64,000 nucleotides of DNA from an uncultured Flavobacteriales bacterium (GTDB lineage: Bacteria > Bacteroidota > Bacteroidia > CAIKAF01): positions 8,037 through 72,036 of the forward strand of contig CAILUT010000059.1 of assembly GCA_903837495.1 (NCBI GenBank). The letters run 5' to 3'. Below, piece by piece: positions 18,510 to 29,062 of the stretch (positions are counted from its first letter, which is position 1; the number at the start of each line of letters is the position of its first letter). A program made the position numbers and the translations under genes. The notes under the pieces were generated by a model. The model worked only from the letters and a program-made list of their open reading frames with translations. It ran no database searches and was not told the origin of the DNA.

Positions 18510-21089
18510 TTATGCCTTGGCTTTACGCGATTCCATGAACCAGCCTCCTAAAGCTCCTAAAAATAGCAGTGCCAGAATGGCGGAGCCAGCATAGCTGTAC
18601 TTGGCCGAGGATTCAACCACATCGGGTTTAAAGTACCAACGAATGGTGTGGGTGCCGGGGGCAGCTTCTATGGCTCTGAGCAGGTAATTGGCTCTATAAC
18701 TAGCAATAGGCAATCCATCCATTTCAACTTTCCAGCCTTTATCGTAATGCAATTCGCTGAAAATGAGGGGTTGGTACACTTTGGATTTTACGGTATAAAC
18801 AATTTCTTCGGGGGTGTACACTTCAACTTCAACAGATGCTGTTGAGTCGAAATCGCCTTTCCAGAATTTTAGGGCAGGTTTAAATTTTGCATCTACAAAG
18901 GCCACATCCCTTAAATTAATCGCGTTTTTGACTGCCTTCATTTCTTCGTCGGGTCCTGCTACAAACTCAACATTTCTTGGGAACCAAGCGGGTCCATAAT
19001 GGTATGGATTTTCGATAGGAGAGCTTTTTGGGTTGCTAATAATGTATTTGGTATTTAGCATATTTAACCCTGCGCACCCTTCAAATGCCTTTGCTGCGTC
19101 GAAGATGGTTTTTGCCCCCTGCATTCTGATTTGCATCAACTTTAAATCTTCGTTGATTCGATTTTCAATGAACTCTTGGTAGCGTTTCATTTTGGCTCCA
19201 TGGTACCCACCAATGGACTGGTGATAAAAGGAGGTGGTGGCATCGTTGAAGGGCGAAACCGAAAGATTTAGAACTCGAATGCTGCGGTCTCCATCGTTCA
19301 AGATAACTTGGTCGGCAGTGGTTTTAGGTTGTGCTTGGTCTTTGGGTTGTACAGGCTGATAGGCCGATTCGTCTAAATATCGTGCACTAACACCACCTAG
19401 GTCAATAGCCACAATCAAACCTAGCGCGATTGAGGCTTGCAAAAGGTTGAGTTTTTGTTTCAAAAAGCTCCAAAGCAAAGCTGCGCCCAAGACTAGGAAC
19501 AAAATACTTCGACCTAAATCGGCGCGGAGAATTGCCACCCTGCCTTTTTCCATGGTATCGATAATTTGTCCGGCGCCGTTTCCAGCCAATCTTGAAATTT
19601 GGTCGGCATCTTCGGCGCGCACAATGTCTTGAAACAAGGACGGGGCTACATAGCTTATGCCCAAAAAGCCTAGGGCTGCGATAAAAATTCCGTAGCCAAA
19701 TTTCTGGTAGGTAAAATTGAATTCCTTTTTGCCCAGGCGAAAAGGTTCTTTAAGGCGGGAGGAATATTCAAACAGTTCGTTTAAGGTTAGACCAAACAAC
19801 AGCGGCAGTAAAAATTGAGGGATAACCATGATGGAGTTCACGGCTCGGAACTTATTGTAGCCGGGGAAATAATCGATAAACAGATTGGTTAGCCAGGGGG
19901 CATTTTTACCTAATGCCAACCACATGGAGAGGATTAATCCGGCCAAAATCACCCATTTCAATTCCGACCGAACAAAGAACAGGCCGAACAAGCCTAAAAC
20001 AAGAACCAAAATTCCGGCATAAATGACTCCACCGGCGGCATCCTGGTATCCCCAATACTGGTCGATGTACACGTTAAGGCCTTGTTGTTGTGCTTGTATC
20101 TGGAAATTTCGGATGGGTTCAAGACCTCGGGGGCCCAGGGCTTTTTCAGCGGTTTCATTCATCAACAGCAAGCCATTCTTTGGTCCTTTGTAGTTGGGGA
20201 TCATCAGGGCGAAAAAATCTCCCTTGGCGTAGCTGTAGCCTGTAATGTAGCTGCGCTGTAGTCCGCCGGTTTCTTCATTGGGGTCAACGGTTTCAGACTT
20301 GGTGGTTAGTTCAGAAGGGGCACGGGTGCTGTATTTTTGGTATTCCAACACAGGCATGATTCGGTTTAGATTGGCAATCAATGCACCGCCCATGGCTAGA
20401 GAAAGCAAGCTGCCTGCAACAGCTAAGTGTTTAAATTGGCGGGATTTAATGCTAACAAAGGCATGTTGTATGAGCCAGATTGCGACAAAGAAAACCAGGT
20501 AATAATAAATCATTTGGTAATGGCCGGCCAGGATGGCGCAGCTCATCATAATTCCTGTCATGGCCGCTCCGGCCAGGTATTTTTTTTGGGCCATCCAAGC
20601 CATTCCTGCAATTGCCCATGGGAGGTATCCGATGGTTTGAACTTTGCCGAAGTGGCCTGCAGCGAGAACCACCGCAACATAGGAAGTGAGTCCAAAGGCA
20701 ATGGCCGAGAGTACGGAGGCTTCGGGTCGGTTTTTAAAGGCAATCATCATCAGATAAAAACCAGCCATGGCCGACCACAGGTACATGGCAACGCGGGTAA
20801 GGCCTAATCCGACCAATGCATTTACGGCAGGTGAAATAAAATTTCCAACGGGTTTGAAATAAATCAAATAGTTTGGCATTCCGCTAAACATACGGTTGGT
20901 CCACAATGCGGGCCTGCCGTTTTCTTTTTCAAAATCCATGGCCTGCATGGCTGCACCACGCCACATATCGTCGTCGTGGGCTCTTAATTCCATTCCATCA
21001 AATAGCTCGGCTTTGCCAATAACCATGGCGATGAGCAACAATGCAGCGAGTGCAATTGCGTGGGGCATTAAGGGGCGCAAACGTTCCAT
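18510..21089 (-). CDS. YfhO-family polytopic membrane protein (putative glycosyltransferase)
   Basis: 859-aa ORF with about 12 or more N-terminal TM helices, a large extracytoplasmic C-terminal region and a final TM. The size and topology are typical of YfhO. Confidence 0.75.
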   Translation of the reverse strand: MERLRPLMPHAIALAALLLIAMVIGKAELFDGMELRAHDDDMWRGAAMQAMDFEKENGRPALWTNRMFSGMPNYLIYFKPVGNFISPAVNALVGLGLTRVAMYLWSAMAGFYLMMIAFKNRPEASVLSAIAFGLTSYVAVVLAAGHFGKVQTIGYLPWAIAGMAWMAQKKYLAGAAMTGIMMSCAILAGHYQMIYYYLVFFVAIWLIQHAFVSIKSRQFKHLAVAGSLLSLAMGGALIANLNRIMPVLEYQKYSTRAPSELTTKSETVDPNEETGGLQRSYITGYSYAKGDFFALMIPNYKGPKNGLLLMNETAEKALGPRGLEPIRNFQIQAQQQGLNVYIDQYWGYQDAAGGVIYAGILVLVLGLFGLFFVRSELKWVILAGLILSMWLALGKNAPWLTNLFIDYFPGYNKFRAVNSIMVIPQFLLPLLFGLTLNELFEYSSRLKEPFRLGKKEFNFTYQKFGYGIFIAALGFLGISYVAPSLFQDIVRAEDADQISRLAGNGAGQIIDTMEKGRVAILRADLGRSILFLVLGAALLWSFLKQKLNLLQASIALGLIVAIDLGGVSARYLDESAYQPVQPKDQAQPKTTADQVILNDGDRSIRVLNLSVSPFNDATTSFYHQSIGGYHGAKMKRYQEFIENRINEDLKLMQIRMQGAKTIFDAAKAFEGCAGLNMLNTKYIISNPKSSPIENPYHYGPAWFPRNVEFVAGPDEEMKAVKNAINLRDVAFVDAKFKPALKFWKGDFDSTASVEVEVYTPEEIVYTVKSKVYQPLIFSELHYDKGWKVEMDGLPIASYRANYLLRAIEAAPGTHTIRWYFKPDVVESSAKYSYAGSAILALLFLGALGGWFMESRKAKA

Positions 21090-21109
21090 ATTGAAAAGGG
21101 TTGAGGTGG

Positions 21110-22294
21110 TTAGAGTCGGTCTTCGGGTTGTATGGCCTCAAAAACGGCTTTAGCCACCTTTGGACCTACGGTCATATCTAAAGTTTCGGGTACAATGTTG
21201 TCTCGGTCGATATTTTCTACCGCATTTGCTATGGCCATGGCTGCGGCGATTTTCATGCGGGTAGTAATTCGGCGGGCATGTCCATCAAGGGCGCCGCGAA
21301 AAATACCTGGAAAGGCAAGTACGTTGTTGATTTGATTGGGTAGGTCACTGCGTCCTGTACCCACCACAGCTGCTCCCCCTTTATAGGCTTCTTCGGGCAT
21401 GATTTCTGGGATTGGATTCGCCAGGGCAAAAATGATGGCATCTTTGGCCATGCTGCCAATGTCGTTTGCATTCAGCAAATTTTCTTGACTTACCCCAATG
21501 AAAACATCTGCTCCTTTCAAAACATCGTGCAGAGTGCCTGAAACATTGTTTGGGTTTGTCCAGCTTAGTAGGCTGCGTTTTGTTTCGTTCAAGTCGGTTC
21601 TGCCTGCATGCACCACTCCTTTTGTATCGCACAGAACAACCTCTTTAACGGCCAATCCTTTCAGGTCTTCGCCGCGGGTGGCGCTGTCGAGCAGTTTGGC
21701 AATAGCGACTCCGGCTGCCCCTGCTCCATTTATGACAATTTTAAGGTCTTGAATGTTTTTATTGAGCAATTTGCAGGCGTTGATTATACCGGCAAGAACA
21801 ACCACAGCCGTTCCATGTTGGTCGTCATGAAAAACGGGAATGCCTAAATCTTGAAGGCGGTCTTCGATTTCAAAGCAACGGGGGGCAGAAATATCTTCGA
21901 GGTTAATGCCGCCAAAAACGGGTGCAATGCGGCGAATGGTTTCAATGACCTCTTCGGTATCTTGGGTATCTAGGCAAATGGGAAAAGCATCTACATCGCC
22001 AAACTTTTTAAACAGCATGGCTTTTCCTTCCATCACGGGGAGGGCGGCTAAGGCTCCGATGTTGCCTAAACCTAGAACGGCGGTTCCGTCGGTAACTACG
22101 GCCACCATGTTGCTTTTAATGGTGTATTTCCATACATCTGAGGGGTTAGCATGAATCCGTTTGCAGGGTTCTGCAACGCCTGGAGAATACAATAAACTCA
22201 ATCCATCGCGCGAATCAATGTCCATTTTTGCTTGAATACTAATTTTGCCGCGAAGCGATTCATGCAAGGTTAAGGACTCCTTAAAATAATCCAT
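21110..22294 (-). CDS. maeB: NAD(P)-dependent malic enzyme (short form)
   Basis: 394-aa ORF with LLYSPGVAEPC, HDDQHGTA and the dinucleotide-binding motif INGAGAAGVA. Confidence 0.92.
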   Translation of the reverse strand: MDYFKESLTLHESLRGKISIQAKMDIDSRDGLSLLYSPGVAEPCKRIHANPSDVWKYTIKSNMVAVVTDGTAVLGLGNIGALAALPVMEGKAMLFKKFGDVDAFPICLDTQDTEEVIETIRRIAPVFGGINLEDISAPRCFEIEDRLQDLGIPVFHDDQHGTAVVVLAGIINACKLLNKNIQDLKIVINGAGAAGVAIAKLLDSATRGEDLKGLAVKEVVLCDTKGVVHAGRTDLNETKRSLLSWTNPNNVSGTLHDVLKGADVFIGVSQENLLNANDIGSMAKDAIIFALANPIPEIMPEEAYKGGAAVVGTGRSDLPNQINNVLAFPGIFRGALDGHARRITTRMKIAAAMAIANAVENIDRDNIVPETLDMTVGPKVAKAVFEAIQPEDRL

Positions 22295-22346
22295 ATAGGT
22301 GATTTGGGTTGTTCAAACTTAGTAAAGAAAATGCTAGGTGCAGTCT

Positions 22347-23420
22347 TTAGCGCACGTAGCGGTAGTCTTCGTTGCCTTTTAGGCCCACGATTACTTTGTA
22401 AATCAAATTGATAACCTGTTCAACGTCTTCGGCTGCCACGGTTTCTACGGTGGTGTGCATGTATTTTAGTGGAAGGGAAATCAGGGCGCTGGGTACGCCT
22501 TCGCCGCTGTAGGCAAACGAATCGGTGTCGGTTCCGGTGCTGCGTTCGGCTACGATGCGTTGGAAAGCGATTCCAGCTTCGTTTGCGGTATCGATGATGC
22601 GGTCGAGCAGGATATTGTGAACAGCGGCGCCATAGGAAAGCACAGGGCCACGGCCGCAGGCGATGTCTGAGTCTTCTTTGTTGTAACCGGGCGATTGGGT
22701 ATCGTGGGTAACGTCGGTAATGATGGCTACATCGGGTTTGATGCGGCGGGAAATCATTTCGGCGCCGCGCAAGCCGATTTCTTCTTGAACGGAGTTAACG
22801 GCATACAAGGCAAAGGGCAATTGAATGCCATTTTCTTTGATGCGTCGAAGCACTTCGGCAATCATAAAGCCGCCCATTCGGTTGTCTAACGCACGTCCGG
22901 TGATGTAGCGGTCTCCATTAAGCCAGGTAAGGCCATCGGTAAAAGTAGCCACACAACCTATGTGAATACCCATGGCTAAAACCTCGTCGCGGTTGTTGGC
23001 ACCTACATCTAAAAAGATGCTTTTCATGTTTGGAGCCGGTTCGTCTTTGTCGCGGGGCCGCACGTGAATGGCGGGCCAGCCAAAGATAGCGGGGATTAAT
23101 CCTTTCTTGGTGTGAATTGCGGCCCGCATGCTGGGAGCAATTACGGCATCGCTGCCCCCGTTCCGTTTAAGGGTGATGTAGCCTTTCTCGCTAATATTGG
23201 CAACAAACCAAGCGATTTCGTCTGCGTGGGCCTCAATAACAACCTTGTAGGGGGCATTGGGATTAACAATGGCCGCAACAGAGCCATAGGGATCCGACAT
23301 ATAGGTGTCGGAATACGGTTTTATGTAATCTAGCCAAATTTGCTGCCCCTGAGCTTCGTGCCCGGTGGGCGAATAATTGTTTAGGTATTGGCTTAAAAAA
23401 TCCTTCGATTGTGTATCCAT
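22347..23420 (-). CDS. M42 family metallopeptidase (FrvX/glutamyl aminopeptidase-like)
   Basis: 357-aa ORF with M42-type blocks (GRALDNRMG, SVQEEIGLRGA, PLKYMHT). Confidence 0.85.
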   Translation of the reverse strand: MDTQSKDFLSQYLNNYSPTGHEAQGQQIWLDYIKPYSDTYMSDPYGSVAAIVNPNAPYKVVIEAHADEIAWFVANISEKGYITLKRNGGSDAVIAPSMRAAIHTKKGLIPAIFGWPAIHVRPRDKDEPAPNMKSIFLDVGANNRDEVLAMGIHIGCVATFTDGLTWLNGDRYITGRALDNRMGGFMIAEVLRRIKENGIQLPFALYAVNSVQEEIGLRGAEMISRRIKPDVAIITDVTHDTQSPGYNKEDSDIACGRGPVLSYGAAVHNILLDRIIDTANEAGIAFQRIVAERSTGTDTDSFAYSGEGVPSALISLPLKYMHTTVETVAAEDVEQVINLIYKVIVGLKGNEDYRYVR

Positions 23421-23436
23421 ATCTGAGCATGAAGAT

Positions 23437-23461
23437 AAAAAAAAAGCCCCAACAAGGGGCT
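23437..23461 (-). terminator. rho-independent terminator after rpmH
   Basis: On the minus strand the stem AGCCCC/GGGGCT with loop TTGT is followed by a run of nine U. It lies about 20 nt after the rpmH stop. Confidence 0.7.
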
Positions 23462-23482
23462 AAAATAACAATAAGGACTATC

Positions 23483-23644
23483 CTATTTTTTTGGATAGAA
23501 TTCGTCAGAAACAGTTAAGCGCTTGCGTCCACGGCGGCGACGAGCTGCCAATACACGGCGTCCATTGGCCGTTGACATCCGCTTACGAAAACCGTGTTTA
23601 TTTCTTCTCTTGCGAATGGAGGGTTGAAACGTTCTCTTAGACAT
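23483..23644 (-). CDS. rpmH: 50S ribosomal protein L34
   Basis: My manual translation gives [53 protein letters not shown] (53 aa). The track instead lists an out-of-frame 63-aa ORF here. Confidence 0.95.
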   Translation of the reverse strand: MSKRTFQPSIRKRRNKHGFRKRMSTANGRRVLAARRRRGRKRLTVSDEFYPKK

Positions 23645-23683
23645 GACGATGAGTTAAACAGTATGCTATCAAAAATTGGATTG

Positions 23684-23691
23684 CAAAAATA
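23684..23691 (-). promoter_or_regulatory. Bacteroidota -7 promoter box (TATTTTTG) for rpmH
   Basis: The minus-strand TATTTTTG matches TAnnTTTG, 39 nt upstream of the rpmH ATG. Confidence 0.4.
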
Positions 23692-23771
23692 GGTTTTCTG
23701 TTTCAAATCACCAACTTTAATTCAGGTTCGGCCGATTTCTTTGGTGTGGATTCTATTGGCTCGCCCTTGAA

Positions 23772-24449
23772 TCAAGGTGAAAAAGGCGATGCCGCTTGGT
23801 GCAGACGGATTGCTTTTTTCGACAAATAAAGGCTCAGCACAAAGGTTCCCACGGCCCCAATTAAGGTCAAAATTCCCCAACCTTGAAACAAGAAAAAATC
23901 AAACAATCCATGCAATACAGAGGCCAGCAGAAGGGCGGGAATTGCGATGGGATAGATGGGCTTGGATTTTTTTAGGCCCAGGGCAAAGCCAAGCAAAATG
24001 CCCCAAGTGGCATGGGCGGGTACCGAAAGAAATGCACGCATTATTCCCGTTGCAACGCCGTGTTCTGTTACGTACATTATGTTTTCAAGGGTGGCAAATC
24101 CCATGGCCGACATGACGCAATAGGTGATGCCGTCAAAGGGCTCATTGAACACTTTTTTTGGAAAAATAAACCAACGCACAAAAATAAATTTGCAGAATTC
24201 TTCAATCAACCCAATTCCAAAAACGCAGGACAAAAAGGAAATCCAGAGGTTTTCGGATTGTGGGGCTGAACCTAGAGCCTGGACCAATAAAGATAAAATG
24301 AGGGTAGGAACAACACTAAGCACCCCCAATAGGAAGGCAAACAGCAACCAATGCAAGGGTTCTTTGTCCCATTTGTCTTTCCAGTAAATGTAAATTGCAA
24401 TGGCCAAACCGGGGGCAATGGCCAAGGCAATCAGATGGTATGAACCCAT
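23772..24449 (-). CDS. PrsW-family intramembrane metalloprotease
   Basis: Polytopic membrane ORF with the PrsW motifs GLIEEFCKF and HGLFDFF. I prefer the ATG at 24449 (MGSYHLIALA). Confidence 0.75.
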   Translation of the reverse strand: MGSYHLIALAIAPGLAIAIYIYWKDKWDKEPLHWLLFAFLLGVLSVVPTLILSLLVQALGSAPQSENLWISFLSCVFGIGLIEEFCKFIFVRWFIFPKKVFNEPFDGITYCVMSAMGFATLENIMYVTEHGVATGIMRAFLSVPAHATWGILLGFALGLKKSKPIYPIAIPALLLASVLHGLFDFFLFQGWGILTLIGAVGTFVLSLYLSKKAIRLHQAASPFSP

Positions 24450-24625
24450 AATGAATGCATTCGCTTCGATTGTATGGGTAAACCTAGCAAATAATTTTGA
24501 ATGGGTGGGTTCCTTATGTTTACCCAACAAAGCAGCAAAGGGTGCTTTTCAAAGCAAGGCATTGGCATTGCGAATGGCATTTGCCCGTCCTTAAAATTTC
24601 CAAGGAAGTTGGGGAATGGACTCCC

Positions 24626-27058
24626 TTACATCCCCATATCATCGCCTGCGCCCATGCCTTCTCCGCGCCGGCGGCCACGTTGTTCAGCTTTGAAAGGCTT
24701 GCCAAATTTCCAGGTAAGTTGGGCGGTAAAACGCAGGGTCATGGGGTCCCTCAATACCTCTGCGTCAAAGTACAAATCCCTTGATTTAAATAGAAAGCGC
24801 CGGGTGTCAAAAATGTCTGAGGCATTCACTGCTAAGGAAAGTTTTCCATCTAAAAAGTCTTTGCGAAGCCCGGCATCTACCCACAAAAAATAGGAGATTT
24901 CGCCTTGAGGAAACACCTGTGGGGCTTGGTAAAAGATACTGGCCTGCCACTCCCATGTTTTCCCCATTTTATAGGTCCATTGCGACCTTAGATTTAGGCT
25001 GTAATTTTCGGCGTCTAGGGCTCCTAAGCTGGAATTCCCTGCGGTGTAGGTTCGAAAAAGATTCAGGGTAAAGGTTCCAGAAAGCACTTTTTTTATTCGG
25101 GCTCTGTACACCATTTCCAGTCCGCTGCTGTGCGAAAAACCAAAATTGGCTTGCGCCACCGTTGCTATGCCTAGGGTATCGATGGAAATAAGCCGCTGGA
25201 TTGGACCATCGGTGTAGCGATAGTAGGCCGAGGCGTACAAAAAATGAGGTCCCAACATTTTGCTGAACGAAAGTTCTAAGGCATCGGTGATTTCTGGATT
25301 TAAATCGGGATTTCCTTGCCGTACATTAAACGGGTCGCGGTAGTCTGGAAAGGGATTCAGCGACCAGAATCCGGGGCGGTCTATGCGGCGCGAATATCCC
25401 AATGTTAAATCCAATCCGGGTTTGGGGCTCCATTTTAGGTTGGCCGTTGGAAAAAACTGCAGGTATCTTTTGTCAAAGGCCAATATACTTTTTGATGCAT
25501 ACCCTTGGGCTAAGGTGTATTCGCTGCGCAATCCCACCTGATAATCCAAGGTTTTATGTATTTTCCCTGCCAATTGAAAATAGGCTGCAGCAACCATTTC
25601 GTCGTACCGGAATGCGGCAGTACGCAGGGTGTCGGCGAACCAGCCCGATGTACCAAGGCTATCGGTTTTTAAGTCGGAATCGCTGCGTCTAAGGTTTGAT
25701 TTAAGCCCAAATTCAAGCTTTGAAAGCCCTTTCCATTTCAGCATTTGAACTCTATCTATTTGAGCACTCAGAACCCCATTTAAGGTTCCGTTTTGGCTTC
25801 GGCTAAAAATGGTGTCTATGGTTGGAAATGCATTTAGCTGTTCAAAATCAGCTTTTTCTGCATCTCCATTTATGCTGCTTGACACCGAGGCACTCCATTC
25901 TGAGCCATTCTCTTTTTCTTTTTTGGTCCAAGATAGATTGACATCGCCGTTCCACCCCAATTCCTCATTATCGACGTTTCTTTGAAAGCTAAGATTGGGT
26001 GTGTTTGCTGAATCTGAAAAGGTGTTCAGAAAGGTTTCAGGGTGGCGTTCTTGCCTAGGCCCCCCCAAATAGGTAAGGGTTAAGATGTTTTTTTTGTTGG
26101 GGCTAAATTCGACCGAACCCGATACGCTGGCATTCATGTCGCTTCGGTGGCCTTCAATGCCTTGGTTTTGCCTTAAAAAATCTGTTCCAGGAAGGTAACT
26201 GTTTCTTCGGGTGTAACCGCTCATGGGGCGGGTTGAACTTCGAAACGACAAGGAATTGGAAAGGATCCAAGCTCCTTTTTTTGCATTGAAGTTGATGGAG
26301 GCATTTGAATTGGCTGGCCATCCGCCACCGGCACTGAGCTGCCCAAAACGACCATCGGGTCGGTCTTCTTTGGTGATGATGTTCAGTATGCTAACCCCTT
26401 CGGCATCGTATTTGGCCGAGGGCGAGGTAATCAATTCAAACCGTACAATCGACGAGGCCGGAATCTGTTCCAAAATTTGGCTCCGATTTTCGGCATTAAG
26501 CCCCGAGGGTTTTCCATTGATGTACACCAACAAGCTTCCTGAGCCCCGCACGGCGATAGCGCCATCTACATCTACCTGCACCAAGGGCACCTGCCTCAAT
26601 GCGTCCATGGCCGAGCCCCCTGCGGCAATGCTGTTTTTTTGAACATTAAAAATCTTGCGGTCAACCCCCAATTCCATTTCAGGGCGATCGTCGGTTAGGT
26701 TGAATTCAGAAATAGATTGAGCACTGGGATTTAAGGTAAAGGTTTGGCCTGCCTTGGTTTTCCAGTCTTCAAATAAGGTGTCTTTAAATGTGGTGTATCC
26801 CACCGCACTTATTTGCAACAGCAGGGGATTTCCTTCGGGCATCGGGAAACTGAATTTCCCTGTACTATCGGCAATGCCACCGCCTAAGGTTTTATTGCCA
26901 TTTGCCGCATTTTTTATGGCAATAGAGGCAAAGGCTATCGGCTTGCCGGTAGCTCCATCTTTTATGCGTCCTTTAAAGTTTTGTTGACCCCAAGCCCCGC
27001 TGAGGCCCAAAATAGCGCCGGTCAGCAGCAGCAGTCTTTTCCCGAATTTCGTTCCCAA
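24626..27058 (-). CDS. TonB-dependent receptor with N-terminal CarboxypepD_reg-like domain
   Basis: 810-aa ORF with a signal peptide, a carboxypeptidase-regulatory-like domain, a plug and a beta-barrel rich in aromatic-ended strands. The only available start is the TTG at 27058, 15 nt after the upstream stop. Confidence 0.85.
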   Translation of the reverse strand: MGTKFGKRLLLLTGAILGLSGAWGQQNFKGRIKDGATGKPIAFASIAIKNAANGNKTLGGGIADSTGKFSFPMPEGNPLLLQISAVGYTTFKDTLFEDWKTKAGQTFTLNPSAQSISEFNLTDDRPEMELGVDRKIFNVQKNSIAAGGSAMDALRQVPLVQVDVDGAIAVRGSGSLLVYINGKPSGLNAENRSQILEQIPASSIVRFELITSPSAKYDAEGVSILNIITKEDRPDGRFGQLSAGGGWPANSNASINFNAKKGAWILSNSLSFRSSTRPMSGYTRRNSYLPGTDFLRQNQGIEGHRSDMNASVSGSVEFSPNKKNILTLTYLGGPRQERHPETFLNTFSDSANTPNLSFQRNVDNEELGWNGDVNLSWTKKEKENGSEWSASVSSSINGDAEKADFEQLNAFPTIDTIFSRSQNGTLNGVLSAQIDRVQMLKWKGLSKLEFGLKSNLRRSDSDLKTDSLGTSGWFADTLRTAAFRYDEMVAAAYFQLAGKIHKTLDYQVGLRSEYTLAQGYASKSILAFDKRYLQFFPTANLKWSPKPGLDLTLGYSRRIDRPGFWSLNPFPDYRDPFNVRQGNPDLNPEITDALELSFSKMLGPHFLYASAYYRYTDGPIQRLISIDTLGIATVAQANFGFSHSSGLEMVYRARIKKVLSGTFTLNLFRTYTAGNSSLGALDAENYSLNLRSQWTYKMGKTWEWQASIFYQAPQVFPQGEISYFLWVDAGLRKDFLDGKLSLAVNASDIFDTRRFLFKSRDLYFDAEVLRDPMTLRFTAQLTWKFGKPFKAEQRGRRRGEGMGAGDDMGM

Positions 27059-27073
27059 TGCCCTGTAGATTTG

Positions 27074-28981
27074 TTATTGCTTTATAAATAAAATGGGGCT
27101 CCCTTGGCCGTGTATTTGAAGGAAATAAACCCCAGAACTCAGTGTTTTGGTTGTGATTCCTTGAGCCGTGTTCCATAGACCCTTTTGCCTTGCTCGGCCA
27201 GAAGCATCTAAAATGGTGTAGGGCAGATTCTCTTCCAAACCAGTTAGCCAAAGCCGATCGGTTGTGGGGTTGGGGTAGGGCTGCAAAGCATTCTTCCATT
27301 CGGTCATGGACAAACTGCCGTTCATGGTTATGCTGCCGTCTTGGTTTATTAGCCACTGGTTGGGATCAATAACCAATCCTGTTAGTGAGCCAGTACAAGG
27401 AACAATGGCGGTTGAAGTGGGCTGAGTTAGATTCATGCGCACCACCGTGTCGCCGCTGGGGCGTTGAACCCGAAGTTCAAGGGGAACGTGGAAAAATGGA
27501 ACGGAAGTCGGTACTGAGGTGGTTTGAGATACCGACAGCCAAAGGGTGTCATTCAAGTGCAAATACTCAATACCAAACGTCGGAAAACCTTCTCCATAAT
27601 ACCATTCCTGAAAAAAATCACTGAAATTCAACCCGCTGTGGTTCTCCATTAGGGCTTTAAACTGAGGCACGCTTGCGGTGCTGCCTCCATAGGTTTGAAG
27701 GTACAGGCGTAACCCTGAAAAAAACAGGGAATCGTTGTTGATTATTGAGCGCAGGGTATGCAAAATGGCGGCACCCTTGTCGTAGGTCAATCGGCCTGAA
27801 AACATTCGGCTTACATCTGTTGTGTCGGGGACGTTTACGCTGCCGTCAGGCGAGGACATAACGTTGGTGTGCGTGGCATTCATCCAGCCAAGGGCGTTCC
27901 CGTTTTGAATTTGTTCGCGGAATAGGTATTCTGAATACGAGGCAAAGCCCTCGTTTAACCATATTTCTCGCCAATACGAGCAGGTAACGTGATCGCCAAA
28001 CCACTGATGCCCCAATTCATGGGCCGTCAAATCTCGATTAAAAAAGCCTTGGGTGGTCATGGTTTGGTGTTCCATGCCGCCGCTGAAGGGTGCCATGCAA
28101 TGTCCGTATTTTTCGTCTGCAAAAGGGTAAGGCCCAAACAGCTCAGAAAATTCTTCCATCATATCCACGGTCTCGTCAATGTCGGCCTGAAAGTTGGGCA
28201 GGGTTCCTGGGTTGTCGTAGATGTAGTTTAAAATATACACCGGAGGCGAATTAACCGGATACGCGGTTATGGCATATTCTACGTACGTGGAAACGGAAAC
28301 CGATAGCAGGTAGTAATCAATGGGATGCCTATGTACCCATTCATAGCGGTGGCGGTTGTTTGAGAGGGGCGTTATGGACTCCAGCAAACCATTTGATCCG
28401 GCTTTGTTTTGGTTGGATGTGCTAATCCAAATTCGACAAGAATCTATTTTGTCGGTTAAACTCTGTTTGACCGGCCACCAGTCACGGGCAGAGTAGGGTT
28501 GAGACAAAGACCAGGTAACCTGGTTGCCCCAAGAGGGGCTGCTCCCGTTCGACAAGCCGTTAAAAAATCCGCCGTTGGGGGGCGTTCCGGCATAGGTTAT
28601 GGAGGCCATAAAGGTTTGCCCCTGAGGTATGCTGTTGGGAAGGGTAGCGGTTACCACGTTCCCGTTGCGTTGGTAGGGAACGCCCTGCCCATTTATGCTT
28701 ACGTTGCTAATGCTTAAGTTTGAATGCAGTTCTACAATATATTGATTCAACGGCTGCAAGGCCATTGCTGTTGTGCTTACGGTTCCGGCTACCGCGTTTG
28801 AACTGCGCTCCAACTCCAAATCCAAATGCACATACCGTACGTCATAGACGTTGGTGCCCGGAACATCCATGTGCACGCCAGGAACTATTCCACCCGACGC
28901 AGATTTAGAAATTGAACAGGGATGTTGGCTAATGCCACACACGGAACACAGAGTCCCAATGCATACGGAAAGTAATTTCAT
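27074..28981 (-). CDS. M1-family aminopeptidase with T9SS C-terminal sorting domain
   Basis: It carries HELGHQWFG plus WLNEGFA (HExxH-X18-E) and a C-terminal Por/T9SS tail (GVYFLQIHGQGSPILFIKQ). I prefer the ATG at 28981 (MKLLSV). Confidence 0.88.
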   Translation of the reverse strand: MKLLSVCIGTLCSVCGISQHPCSISKSASGGIVPGVHMDVPGTNVYDVRYVHLDLELERSSNAVAGTVSTTAMALQPLNQYIVELHSNLSISNVSINGQGVPYQRNGNVVTATLPNSIPQGQTFMASITYAGTPPNGGFFNGLSNGSSPSWGNQVTWSLSQPYSARDWWPVKQSLTDKIDSCRIWISTSNQNKAGSNGLLESITPLSNNRHRYEWVHRHPIDYYLLSVSVSTYVEYAITAYPVNSPPVYILNYIYDNPGTLPNFQADIDETVDMMEEFSELFGPYPFADEKYGHCMAPFSGGMEHQTMTTQGFFNRDLTAHELGHQWFGDHVTCSYWREIWLNEGFASYSEYLFREQIQNGNALGWMNATHTNVMSSPDGSVNVPDTTDVSRMFSGRLTYDKGAAILHTLRSIINNDSLFFSGLRLYLQTYGGSTASVPQFKALMENHSGLNFSDFFQEWYYGEGFPTFGIEYLHLNDTLWLSVSQTTSVPTSVPFFHVPLELRVQRPSGDTVVRMNLTQPTSTAIVPCTGSLTGLVIDPNQWLINQDGSITMNGSLSMTEWKNALQPYPNPTTDRLWLTGLEENLPYTILDASGRARQKGLWNTAQGITTKTLSSGVYFLQIHGQGSPILFIKQ

Positions 28982-29062
28982 GGTCAAAGATATAGGTATA
29001 ACCTTAATTTTGGGCAGGACTTTGCTGCCTATTTCTTAGCAAAAGACGGAATTCGAAGGCGG

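Noticed and set aside
23515-23706. 63-aa ORF listed in the track.
   Set aside because: It is the wrong frame over the rpmH locus. The correct frame gives a textbook L34 sequence (23483-23644).
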